In this document: positions 13,107 through 25,250 of the stretch, in pieces
Layout: the number at the start of each line of letters is the position of its first letter
Numbering within the stretch: position 1 is the stretch's first letter
DNA from: Mytilus trossulus
Lineage: Eukaryota
DNA length: 64,000 bases
Reading direction: 5' to 3'
Assembly: GCF_036588685.1 (NCBI RefSeq)
Contig: NC_086377.1
Span: forward strand, 1,860,001 to 1,924,000
The notes under the pieces: model-generated
Databases searched by the model: none
What the model saw: only the letters and a program-made list of their open reading frames with translations
What the model was told of the DNA's origin: nothing
Program-made: the position numbers and the translations under genes

Positions 13107-15065
13107 GTAAATACAACAGATAGAACTACTAGAAGTGTACATGTACTCCCGGATATAAAGGAGAAAGGTAAATACAACAGATAAAACTACTAGAAGTGTA
13201 CATGTGCTCCCAGATATAAAGGAGAAAGGTAAATACAACAGATAAAACTACTAGAAGTGTACATGTGCTCCCAGATATAAAGGAGAAAGGTAAATACAAC
13301 AGATAAAACTACTAGAAGTGTACATGTGCTCCCGGATATAAAGGAGAAAGTTAAATACAACAGATAAAACTACTAGAAGTGTACATGTGCTCCCGGATAT
13401 AAAGGAGAAAGTTAATACAACAGATAAAACTACTAGAGTGTGTACATGTGCACCCGGATATAAAGGAGAAAGGTAAATACAACAGATAAAACTACTAGAA
13501 GTGTACATGTGCTCCCGGATATAAAGGAGAAAGGTAAATACAACAGATAAAACTACTAGAAGTGTACATGTGCTCCCGGATATATAGGAGAAAGGTAAAT
13601 ACAACAGATAGAACTACTAGAAGTGTACATGTGCTCCCGGATATAAAGGAGAAAGGTAAATATAACAGATAGAACTACTAGAAGTGTACATGTGCTCCCG
13701 GATATAAAGGAGAAAGGTAAATACAACAGATAAAACTACTAGAAGTGTACATGTGCTCCGGGATATAAAGGAGAAAGGTAAATATAACAGATAGAACTAC
13801 TAGAAGTGTACATGTGCTCCCGGATATAAAGGAGAAAGGTAAATATAACAGATAGAACTACTAGAAGTGTACATGTGCTCCCGGATATAAAGGAGAAAGG
13901 TAAATATAACAGATTGAACTACTAGAGGTGTACATGTGCACCTGGATATAAAGGAGAAAGGTAAATACAACAGATAAAACTACTAGAAGTGTACATGTGC
14001 TCCCGGATATATAGGAGAAAGGTAAATATAACAGATAGAACTACTAGAAGTGTACATGTGCTCCCGGATATAAAGGAGAAAGGTAAATATAACAGAGAAA
14101 ACTACTAGAAGTGTACATGTGCTCTCGGATATAAAGGAGAAAGGTAAATACAACAGATAAAACTACTAGAAGTGTACATGTGCTCCGGGATATAAAGGAG
14201 AAAGGTAAGTACAACAGATAGAACTACTAGAAGTGTACATGTGCTCCCGGATATAAAGGAGAAAGGTAGATATAACAGATAGAACCACTAGAAGTGTACA
14301 TGTGCTCCCGGATATAAAGGAGAAAGGTAAATACAACAGATTAAACTACTAGAAGTGTACATGTGCTCCCGGATATAAAGGAGAAAGGTAAATACAACAG
14401 ATAAAACTACTAGAAGTGTACATGTGCTCCCGGATATAAAGGAGAAAGGTAAATATAACAGATAGAACTACTAGAAGTGTACATGTGCTCCCGGATATAA
14501 AGGAGAAAGGTAAATACAACATATTAAACTACTAGAAGTGTACATGTGCTCCCGGATATAAAGGAGAAAGGTAAATACAACAGATAGAACTACTAAAAGT
14601 GTACATGTGCTCCCGGATATAAAGGAGAAAGGTAAATACAACAGATAAAACTACTAGAAGTGTACATGTGCTCCCAGATATAAAGGAGAAAGGTAAATAT
14701 AACAGATATAACTACTAGAAGTGTACATGTGCTCCGGGATATAAAGGAGAAAGGTAAATACAACAGATAGAACTACTAGAAGTGTTCATGTACTCCCGGA
14801 TATAAAGGAGAAAGGTAAATATAACAGATAGAACTACTAGAAGTGTACATGTGCTCCCGGATATAAAGGAGAAAGGTAAATACAACAGATAGAACTACTG
14901 GAAGTGTACATGTGCTCCTGGATATAAAGGAGAAAGGTAAATACAACAGATAGAACTACTAGAAGTGTACATGTGCTCCGGGATATAAAGGAGAAAGGTA
15001 AATATAACAGATAGAACTACTAGAAGTGTACATGTGCTCCCGGATATAAAAGAGAAAGGTAAATA
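13075..15065 (+). repeat. 61-bp splice-donor tandem array, ~33 copies
   Basis: Unit TGTACATGTGCTCCCGGATATAAAGGAGAAAG|GTAAATACAACAGATAGAACTACTAGAAG. Confidence 0.95.
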
Positions 15066-15408
15066 TATGACAGAGAAGTAGTACAGGCTTTATTCCTGAT
15101 TTTGACTTAAAATATTCCAATTTCTTGGTGAATTTTAAAAACAAATTAAATTGAAGAACTCTTAAAAAATGGTTTCTCCCTGAACCACACAAGTTGATTC
15201 CAAATGATTGAAAATAAATGAATTATAACTATGATTACTTCTATTCTAAATCAAATGGTGCCTGTTAGTTTCTAGACAAGAGGAAAATTCATTTAGTCGG
15301 TGTTATTAAAACATGATTTTTCCTCTCACAAATATTATGACACCATCTAATTAGATCATTGTTACGAAAACATACATGTATTTCAATTTCTGTTTATATT
15401 TTTTTCAG

Positions 15409-15551
15409 TTGTACTATTCAGTGCCCTGACGGAACATTTGGACCATACCGTTCTCAGACGTGTTCCTGTAAAAATGAAGGAACATGTGAAGCAGTAAAAG
15501 GAACATGTATCTGTCCTGTGGGTTATACTGGGATAGACTGTAATGAAAGTT
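15409..15551 (+). CDS. EGF exon CTIQCPDGTFGPYRSQTCSC...GIDCNES
   Basis: TTTTCAG acceptor; GTAAGT donor at 15552; phase 2 in, phase 1 out. Confidence 0.92.
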
Positions 15552-18500
15552 GTAAGTATCATGTGACTGTCCTGTGGGTTATACTGGGATAGACTGTACT
15601 GAAAGTAGTAAGTATCATGTGACTGTCATGTGATGGTCCTTTGGGTTATACAGGGACAGACTGTACTGAAAGTAGTAAGTATCATGTGACTGTTATGTGG
15701 GTTATACTGGAACAGACTGTACTGAAAGTAGTAAGTATCATGTGACTGTTATGTGGGTTATACTGGGACAGACTGTACTGAAAGTAGTAAGTATCATGTG
15801 ACTGTCCTGTGGGTTATACTGGGACAGACTGTAATGAAAGTAGTAAGTATCATGTGACTGTTATGTGGGTTATACTGGGACAGACTGTACTGAAAGTAGT
15901 AAGTATCATGTGACTGTCCTGTGGGTTATACTGGGACAGACTATACTGAAAGTAGTAAGTATCATGTGACTGTTCTGTGGGTTATACTGGGACAGACTGT
16001 ACTGAAAGTAGTAAGTATAATGTGACTGTCCAGTGGGTTATACTGGGACAGACTGTCCTGAAAGCAGTAAGTATCATGTGACTGTTCTGTGGGTTATACT
16101 GGGACAGACTGTACTGAAAGTAGTAAGTATCATGTGACTGTCATGTGGGGTATACTGGGACAGACTCTACTGAAAGTAGTAAGTATCATGTGACTGTCAT
16201 GTGGGTTATACTGGGACAGACTGTACTGAACGTAGTAAGTATCATGTGACTGTCCTGTGGGTTATACTGGGAGAGACTGTACTGAAAGTAGTAAGTATTA
16301 TGTGACTGTCCTGTGGATTATACTGGGACAGACTGTACTGAAAGTAGTAAGTATCATGTGACTGTCCTGTGGGTTATACTGGGACAGACTGTACTGAAAG
16401 TAGTAAGCATCATGTGACTGTCCTGTGGGTTATACTGGGACAGACTGTACTGAAAGTAGTAAGTATCATGTGACTGTCCTGTGGGTTATACTGGGACAGA
16501 CTGTACTGAAAGTAGTAAGTATCATGTGACTGTTATGTGGGTTATACTGGGACAGACTGTACTGAAAGTAGTAAGTATCATGTGACTGTTATGTGATGGT
16601 CCTTTGGGTTATACTGGGACAGACTGTACTGAAAGTAGTAAGTATCATGTGACTGTCCTGTGGGTTATACTGGGACAGACTGTACTGAAAGTAGTAAGTA
16701 TAATGTGAGTGTCATGTGGGTTATACTGGGACAGACTGTACTGAAAGTAGTAAGTATCATATGACTGTCATGTGGGTTATACTGGGACAGACTGTACTGA
16801 AAGTAGTAATTATATGTGACTGTCCAGTGGGTTATACTGGGACAGACTGTACTGAAAGTAGTAAGTATCATGTGACTGTCATGTGGGTTACACTGGGACA
16901 GACTGTACTGAAAGTAGTAAGTATCATATGACTATCATGTGGGTTATACTAGGACAGACTGTACTGAAAGTAGTAAGTATCATGTGCCTGTCATGTGGGG
17001 TATACTGGGACAGACTCTACTGAAAGTAGTAAGTATCATGTGACTGTCCTGTTGGTTATACTGGGACAGACTGTACTGAAAGTAGTAAGTATATGTGACT
17101 GTCCTGTGGGTTATACTGGGACAGACTGTACTGAAAGTAGTAAGTATCATGTGACTGTCATGTGGGTTATACTGGGACAGACTGTACTGAAAGTAGTAAG
17201 TATCATATGACTGTCATGTGGGTTATACTGGGACAGACTGTACTGAAAGTAGTAAGTATCATGTGACTGTCATGTGGGTTATACTGGGACAGACTCTACT
17301 GAAAGTAGTAAGTATCATATGACTGTCATGTGGGTTATACTGGGACAGACTGTACTGAAAGTAGTAAGTATCATGTGACTGTCCTGTGGGTTATACTGGG
17401 ACAGACTGTAATGAAAGTAGTAAGTATCATGTGACTGTTATGTGGGTTATACTGGGACAGACTGTACTGAAAGTAGTAAGTATCATGTGACTGTCCTGTG
17501 GGTTATACTGGGACAGACTATACTGAAAGTAGTAAGTATCATGTGACTGTTCTGTGGGTTACACTGGGACAGACTGTACTGAAAGTAGTAAGTATCATGT
17601 GACTGTCATGTGGGTTATACTGGGACAGACTGTACTGAAAGTAGTAAGTATCATATGACTGTCATGTGGGTTATACTGGGACAGACTGTACTGAAAGTAG
17701 TAAGTATCATATGACTGTCATGTGGGTTATACTGGGACAGACTGTACTGAAAGTAGTAAGTATCATGTGACTGTCCTGTGGGTTATACTGGGACAGACTG
17801 TACTGAAAGTAGTAAGTGTCATGTGACTCTCATGTGATGATCATGTGGGTTATACTGGGACAGACTACTCAAAGTAGTAAGTATCAGGTCACTGTCCTGT
17901 GGGTTATACTGGGACAGACTGTACTGAAAGTAGTAAGTATCATGTGACTGTTATGTGGGTGATACTGGGACAGACTGTACTGAAAGTATTGTAGCAGGAA
18001 CAATTCTGCCTAAGATTCGGGGATGCGGACCACAGCTAATTCTAGTTTGTAAACTGATGTGTGAGAAAACGACTGATGCCAAAAGTGATGCGCTATAATA
18101 TATCTAAGTAAATGAAAACCAAAAACTGTAAACAATATATAATTTAATCAGCAAAGTACAACTGTTATCATGTAAAGCCAAACGTATGTAGAAGTGGAGG
18201 ATTGAAGAAGACTTCAACTTACAGTACTAAGGAGGCATGTAGCAAATGCACTAATGTAATCGATGGTTGGAAAGCCTGGCTTTCCTTGGTTGGACTGAAT
18301 GTCAGTCCTCAGAGGGTTCAAAATAAGAATCTAAAACTAGTTATATAAAATATATAAATCTCTCGCAGAAGGTATCCAGAGAATTTGCAACGATGCAAAT
18401 ATTAAACTTTACAATTAAGATAAATATCTCTAACTAATGATTTCAAAAAGCAAAAGCTATGCGATTTAACAAATATGTACTGAATAAGCTTAATCTAAAT

Positions 18501-19367
18501 CATCAAATTAAGAAATATGAAATTTATAGTTTTAAACAAGGGAAATAATTATGACATAATAATCCTAACTGTTACAGTACTAAGTATCATGTGACTGTCC
18601 TGTGGGTTATACTGGGACAGACTGTACTGAAAGTAGTAAGTATCATGTGACTGTCACGTGATGGTCATGTGGGTTATACTGGGACAGACTGTACTGAAAG
18701 TAGTAAGTATCATGTGACTGTCCTGTGGGATATACTGGGACAGACTGTACTGAAAGTAGTAAGTATCATGTGACTGTCCTGTGGGTTATACGGGGACAGA
18801 CTGTACTGAAAGTAGTAAGTTTCATGTGACTGTCCTGTGGGTTATACTGGGACAGACTGTACTGAAAGTAGTAAGTATCATGTGACTCTCACGTGATGGT
18901 CATGTGGGTTATACTGGGACAGACTATTGAAAGTAGTAAGTATCATGTGACTGTCCTGTTGGTTATACTGGGACAGACTGTACTGAAAGTAGTAAGTATC
19001 ATGTGACTGTTATGTGGGTTATACTGGGACAGACTGTACTGAAAGTAGTAAGTATCATGTGACTGTCCTGTGGGTTATACTGGGACAGACTGTACTGAAA
19101 GTAGTAAGTATCATGTGACTGTCCTGTGGGTTATACTAGGACAGACTGTACTGAAAGTAGTAAGTATCATGTGACTGTCCTGTGGGTTATACTGGGAGAG
19201 AATGTACTGAAAGTAGTAAGTATCATGTGACTGTCATGTGACTGTCCTGTGGGTTATACTGGGACAGACTGTACTGAAAGTAGTAAGTATCATGTGACTG
19301 TTCTGTGGGGTATACTGGGACAGACTGTACTGAAAGTAGTAAGTAGCATGTGACTGTCATGTGACTG
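15511..19367 (+). repeat. 56-bp splice-donor tandem array, ~55 copies, interrupted by a solo LTR
   Basis: Unit CTGTCCTGTGGGTTATACTGGGACAGACTGTACTGAAAGTA|GTAAGTATCATGTGA. Confidence 0.95.
17990..18576. mobile_element. Solo LTR-like insertion (587 bp)
   Basis: Termini TGTAGCAG...CTGTTACA (TG..CA, 7/8 inverted match); flanks GTAT/GTAC resemble a 4-bp TSD; the array resumes in register. Confidence 0.75.
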
Positions 19368-19518
19368 TTATTTGCAGATATATATACCCTCACTCTAAGA
19401 TAGGGACTAATTGATATCACATCTGTTTGTATTTAAGGCTTCTTCATATATCAATTCTTTCAACTATTATTTTGTCACACTATACAGAAATGTTATCATA
19501 CTATTGTTCTGTTTTCAG

Positions 19519-19588
19519 ATTGTCCATCTTTTAAGTACGGAGAGAAGTGTCAAAAGGATTGTAAATGTAACAGAAAAACTACAGATCA
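19519..19588 (+). CDS. EGF half exon CPSFKYGEKCQKDCKCNRKTTD
   Basis: TTTTCAG acceptor; GTAAGT donor; phase 1 in, phase 2 out. Confidence 0.9.
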
Positions 19589-20145
19589 GTAAGTAGTCTC
19601 CCTTTGTGATACACCTGTTTACAGGATGTGTTATGGTATCCTGCTGTCTGTCTGTCCGTCTATTTTCCACATGTCAGACAATAACTTAAAAATTATTCAA
19701 GCGTGATTGATGAGTCTTTTGTTGTCACTACCCGTGTCTGTTGTAAATATAAAATTTCAATCCTGGTGTCTATGATGAGTTATTTACCTGTTCTTTTATC
19801 AGTTGTTCAATCAAATCGTTGGATCTCTTTAAGTTTCTGTTTTCGCGTATATCACAATCGACCTACAACTAGAAATAAGCTTGAAAATATTTATAAAACA
19901 AAGATTTTACTCCATTTTCACGGTCCACTGAACATATAAAATGATAGTGAGGATAGGGCATCTGTATACTAGGGACACATTATTGTTACATCTACTATAC
20001 CTAAATTTATTTTCTACATTTGAAAAACATGGTGACGTAGTTGTGATGTCATCTAGTCTGATGACAGAGGTTGATTGATTTATAGAGTTATCTGATTGGT
20101 CAGGTAGTTGTGATGTCATCCAGATATTATTTTTTTGTTTTATAG

Positions 20146-20333
20146 GTGTGACCAGGGGAATGGGAAGTGTAGTAAATGTTCCAGTGGATGGACTGGTCCC
20201 CTGTGTAATGAGACTTGCCCAGCTCCATACTATGGTGATGGATGTCAGAAGATCTGTTACTGTAAGAATGGTGGACTTTGTAATCATAAAACTGGATAGT
20301 TTGTCAATGTCAAGCTGGTTACACAGGACAATA
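20146..20333 (+). CDS. EGF exon CDQGNGKC...NHKTG/fs/VCQCQAGYTGQ, frameshifted at 20297-98
   Basis: TTTATAG acceptor; GTATGT donor at 20334. An extra TA creates an in-frame TAG. Confidence 0.85.
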
Positions 20334-20764
20334 GTATGTTTAATAGACTTTCAGATAGTATTAGCCAATCATATAGTATGTATCATAGACTTTGAGATAG
20401 TATTAGCCAATCATATAGTATGTATCATACACTTTGATATAGTGTTAGCTAGCCAATCATATAGTATGTATCATACACTTTGAGATAGTATTAGCCAATC
20501 TTATAGTATGTATCATACACTTTGAGATAGTATTAGCCAATCATATAGTATGTTTAATAGACTTTCAGATAGTATTAGCCAATCATATAGTATGTATCAT
20601 AGATTTTGACATAGTATTAGCCAATCATATAGTATGTATCCTACACTTTGAGATAGTATTAGCTAGCCAATCATATAGTATGTATCATACACTTTGAGAT
20701 AGTATTAGCCAATCTTATAGTATGTATCATACACTTTGAGATAGTTTTAGCCAATCATATAGTA
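20331..20764 (+). repeat. 42-bp array starting at a donor (ATA|GTATGT), ~10 copies
   Basis: Unit ATAGTATGTATCATAGACTTTGAGATAGTATTAGCCAATCAT. Confidence 0.9.
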
Positions 20765-21301
20765 CTGTGAAAGTACTTTAATTTGGGGTATAAAAAACCA
20801 TGAAAATCAGTACACCACAAATAAAAAGTACTTTCACAGAATGTATCATAGACTTTCAGATAGTTTTAGCCAATTGTATGTATTATATACTGTGGAATAA
20901 TTTATTTTCATTGGTATCAATTTTTCATATGGCCTCCAACAGTGAGAAAACCCCATACCAGCTAGACGGCTTTAAAAGGCCCCATTGTGACTAGGATTTT
21001 AAGCTCTGACAGCATGAATTGGGGATTTGATGGTCGCAAATTTTTTTTTTTGGCGACGCGTTAGCGGAAACAGTAAACGGGTATTTGCCACCATCAAATC
21101 CCAAATTGATGCCATCAGAGCTTAAAATACAATATTGTTATCTCCATTCTAATGAAACTGACAGAAAACAATGTTAAAACATGTATTTAAAATTTGTCAT
21201 ATGCCGTCTTGGGCTTGGGCGTACGTTTCATAACATCAATTGTCAATTGATGCCATGTAAGAAGTTATCCAATCAAAATGAACGTTACAAACGTTGTTGC
21301 A

Positions 21302-21787
21302 TTAGAATGTTTATTTAACAGTTGTGAAACTAAATGTACGAAGGGAAAGTTTGGTTTAGAACGTTTATTGTTTATTTTACAGTTGTGGAACTAAATGTAC
21401 GAAGGGAAAGTATGGTTTAGAATGTTTATTGTTTATTTTACAGTTGTGGAACTAAATGTACGAAGGGAAAGTTTGGTTTAGAACGTTTATTGTTTTTTTT
21501 ACAGTTGTGGAACTAAATGTACGAAGGGAAAGTTTGGTTTAGAACGTTTATTGTTTATTTTACAGTTGTGGAACTAAATGTACGAAGGGAAAGTTTGGTT
21601 TAGAACGTTTATTGTTTATTTTACAGTTGTGGAACTAAATGTACGAAGGGAAAGTTTGGTTTAGAACGTTTATTGTTTATTTTACAGTTGTGGAACTAAA
21701 TGTACGAAGGGAAAGTTTGGTTTAGAACGTTTATTGTTTATTTTACAGTTGTGGAACTAAATGTACGAAGGGAAAGTTTGGTTTAGG
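21302..21787 (+). repeat. 61-bp splice-acceptor tandem array, 8 copies
   Basis: Unit ...TTTATTTTACAG|TTGTGGAACTAAATGTACGAAGGGAAAGTTTGGTTTAG. Confidence 0.95.
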
Positions 21788-21861
21788 ATGTCAACAGACT
21801 TGTCTTTGTCAGAACAATGCTGAGTGTGTACCTGAGAATGGATTCTGTATTTGTTCACCAG
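21749..21861 (+). CDS. EGF exon CGTKCTKGKFGLGCQQTCLC...CICSP
   Basis: Last acceptor of the 61-bp array; G|GTGAGA donor; phase 2 in, phase 1 out. Confidence 0.9.
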
Positions 21862-21871
21862 GTGAGAGACT

Positions 21872-22060
21872 GATAGTTTAACCAATCATGTAGTATGTCT
21901 CATACAGTTTGTGATAGTTTAACCAATCATGTAGTATGTCTCATACAGTTTGTGATAGTTTAACCAATCATGGTAGTATGTATCATACAGTTTGTGATAG
22001 TTTAACCAATCATGTAGTATGTTTCATAGACTTTGTGATAGTTTTAGCTAATCATAAAGT
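21872..22060 (+). repeat. ~41-bp tandem repeat related to the 20331 unit
   Basis: GATAGTTTAACCAATCATGTAGTATGTCTCATACAGTTTGT, 4-5 copies. Confidence 0.85.
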
Positions 22061-22489
22061 TTGTATTATCAGTTTATGATGCACTTGCATGGATGATGCA
22101 GAGAGGAGCCAGTAAAATTATTATTTGTGATGGCCAAAACCTAATTTGACAGTGGCAACTCATAAAATACAATATGATTCCTATTCTTATGCAATACTAT
22201 TACCAAGATCAAAATTAGATATTTTTAATTTGCCAACAATGTTACCAATGACTTAGACCTTTAACCAAGAAATCTTGGCAATCATCTAAATGAAATTGGT
22301 TCTACATGACTTAAAGCATTTGTACTTAACTAATTTATTACATTTATTACCAAAATATTTTTTCTGATATTTGTTTGTTGAGCTTTTCCATTTAAGAACA
22401 TAAAAATATTCAAGCATATCATTTCTCCAGCTTTTGTGAATTCAAGGCATCATACTACCTGTGATTCGAATGTGAATTGAAGTTATAAA

Positions 22490-23450
22490 AGTTTGACCAG
22501 TGAAAAATACTGACCACTTGAATGTAAAAATTAAATTATATTTATAGGTTGGAATGGATTGACCAATGAATAATACTGACCACTCATAATGTTAAAAATA
22601 ATTTTTTTTATAGGTTAGAAAGGTTTGACCGCTGAATAATACTGACCACTAATAATGTAAAAAATAAATTTATTTTTAGGTTGGAAAGGTTTGACCAGTG
22701 AATAATACTGACCACTTGTAATGTAAACATGAAATTTATATTTTTAGGTTGGAAAGGTTTGACCAGTGGATAATACTGACCACTTGTAATGTAAAAATGA
22801 AATTTATATTTTTAGGTTGGAAAGGTTTGACCAGTGAATAATACTGACCACTTGTAATGTAAAAATGAAATTTATAATTTTAGGTTGGAAAGGTTTGACC
22901 AGTGAATAATACTGACCACTTGTAATGTAAAAAATTATTTATTTTTTTTTTAGGTTGGAAAGGTTTGACCAGTGAATAATACTGACCACTTGTAATGTAA
23001 AAATGAAATTTATATTTTTAGGTTGGAAAGGTTTGACCAGTGAATAATACTGACCACTTGTAATGTAAAAATGAAATTTATAATTTTAGGTTGGAAAGGT
23101 TTGACCAGTGAATAATACTGACCACTTGTAATGTAAAAATGAAATTTATTTTTTTTAGGTTGGAAAGGTTTGACCAGTGAATAATACTGACCACTTGTAA
23201 TGTAAAAATGAAATTTATTTTTTTTAGGTTGGAAAGGTTTGACCAGTGAATAATACTGACCACTTGTAATGTAAAAATGAAATTTATATTTTTAGGTTGG
23301 AAAGGTTTGACCAGTGAATAGTACTGACCACTTGAATGTAAAAATGAAATTTATAATTTTAGGTTGGAAAGGTTTGACTAGTGAATAGTACTGACCCCTT
23401 ATAATGTAATGAAATTTATATTTTTAGGTTGGAAAGGATTGACCTGTGAA
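22490..23450 (+). repeat. 68-bp splice-acceptor tandem array, ~14 copies
   Basis: Unit ...AAATTTATATTTTTAG|GTTGGAAAGGTTTGACCAGTGAATAATACTGACCACTTGTAATG. Confidence 0.95.
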
Positions 23451-23592
23451 TCCCAATGTCCAAAGGGTTTATATGGTAAAGATTGTCAATCTAAATGTAA
23501 ATGTCAAAATGGTGGATATTGTTACCCAGCAACAGGTCACTGCACATGTCCTCCTGGTTTCTATGGTGATTCCTGTGAAAAAAAACTGCCCT
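23428..23592 (+). CDS. EGF exon WKGLTCESQCPKG...GDSCEK(N)CP with +1 A in a homopolymer
   Basis: Last acceptor of the 68-bp array; GTAAGT donor at 23593. A8 must be A7 to read CEKNCP and give phase 0. Confidence 0.9.
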
Positions 23593-24238
23593 GTAAGTAT
23601 TTCTTTGACCGTGATAGACCCTCGTGGCTAGTCAAGTTCGTTAAACATTCCCTAGGAGTACTTTAACTATGTTTTCTTGAAAAAAAAGAAAGGAAGATAG
23701 ATGTTAAGCACATGTCAAGGTCAAAGGAAAAGTTGCTGGGTTTTTATATTAAAGAAAAGAACAGTTTAATGAAGAAATAATAGATAACATAACAACCTTC
23801 AAGTTTTTACCTTCAAAAATAAAAAAAAATAAAAATGATAAGATCTGGTTTTAAAAATGTACAAAAGGAGAGAAGTTTCATGGGGTAGGGGGGATACAAA
23901 AACCTTGAGGAAAAACATGCAAAATTGAGGCAAAAAAAAACTTTTTAAAGACGGACAACAGTCTACAGGTCTATACAAATTAAAGTAATAGAGGCCCCAA
24001 CAACAAATGGAGGGGCGATTCAGGTGCTCATGAAGGTGAACAGTAAGAAGTGGAGTTAGTAGGGTGATTTGGCCAACTAGAAGGTGAACAGTAAGAGGTG
24101 GAGTTAGTAGGGGGGATTTGGGGCTTTGGAGGGTTTTACATTTAGCATTTGTAGTAGCTCCTGTTCAAAATTAATGAAAAATAACAACAAGTGTTCCTCA
24201 TTTTATGTAATTGTAATTATTGTATTTAACCTTTTTAG

Positions 24239-24347
24239 CAATGGATGTTTGGTTATGTTTGTGGACAGATATGTTCCTGTGAGGAACAGAACTCTTTGTC
24301 ATGTGAAGCAGGAACTGGACGATGTGTTTGTAAATCAGGGTGGCACG
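24239..24347 (+). CDS. EGF exon QWMFGYVCGQICSC...CVCKSGWH
   Basis: TTTTTAG acceptor; G|GTAGGT donor; phase 0 in, phase 1 out. Confidence 0.9.
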
Positions 24348-24479
24348 GTAGGTGGTAATGATAGAATGATTAGAGGTCATGGGGACGAACGACCTCAACC
24401 TATTCTCAAACTTTAAATGTGTAAGAACCAAACCAAGCAGACTGACAATTAAAAATTGCGCTATAAAAGGTTTAAATAC

Positions 24480-24765
24480 ATCTGGTAAAAGGTAGACAAT
24501 TCCTTGTCCAATCTGGTAAAGGGGAAATAACTTCTTGTCCAATCTGGTGAAGGGGAAACAACTCCTTGTCCAATCTGGTAAAGGGGAAACAACTCCTTGT
24601 CCAATTTGGAAAAGGGGAAACAACTCCTTGTCCAATCTGGTAAAGGGGAAACAACTCCTTGTCCAATCTGGTAAGGGGGAAACAACTCCTTGTCCAATCT
24701 GGTAAAGGAAAACAACTGCTTGTCCAATCTGGTAAAGGGGAGACAACTTCTTATCCAATCTGGTG
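24480..24765. repeat. 31-bp minisatellite, ~9 copies
   Basis: TCCTTGTCCAATCTGGTAAAGGGGAAACAAC. Confidence 0.9.
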
Positions 24766-25103
24766 ACCTTTTGTTTTTTTTAAACCATATTGATACAATT
24801 TAAAAAAAAACTATTATATAATTTTCAGGCGTATAACATTGGTTCGTGGAAAATCCTTCATCTGGTAAGCTTAAGTGTTGGGTACCACCTTAAGACCAAA
24901 AGTTTGGAAACACAAAACATGTACAGGGGGTATAAGAACTAAAACAGCCTAAAAATAAAAATATTAATATAAACATAACTGGTGGGATTTTAAACTTTTC
25001 TTTATTGTAATGTTAAGCAATCAACAATCAATTAATCTTAACTACAAGTAAATGATTTTATGCAAATATTGATTTATTAATTGTAAGTTTTCTTATGTTG
25101 TAG

Positions 25104-25250
25104 GCGTCCATTGTGACAGTAAATGTCCACAGAGCAGATGGGGTGAAAGTTGTCAGAAGTTTTGTGATTGTGGAATAGATGGGTCATGTGACCCAGTGAC
25201 TGGAAAATGTCATTGTCAACCTGGCTATACAGGATCTCATTGTTCTAAGG
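25104..25250 (+). CDS. EGF exon VHCDSKCPQSRWGESC...GSHCSK
   Basis: TGTAG acceptor; G|GTACAT donor; phase 1 in and out. Confidence 0.9.

Noticed and set aside
13075-19367. CRISPR-like regular repeats
   Set aside because: No unique spacers, no cas genes, and a eukaryotic intron context.
24480-24765. 31-bp array containing G|GTAAAG as another donor array
   Set aside because: It lies ~130 nt from the real donor and shares no sequence with the exon.
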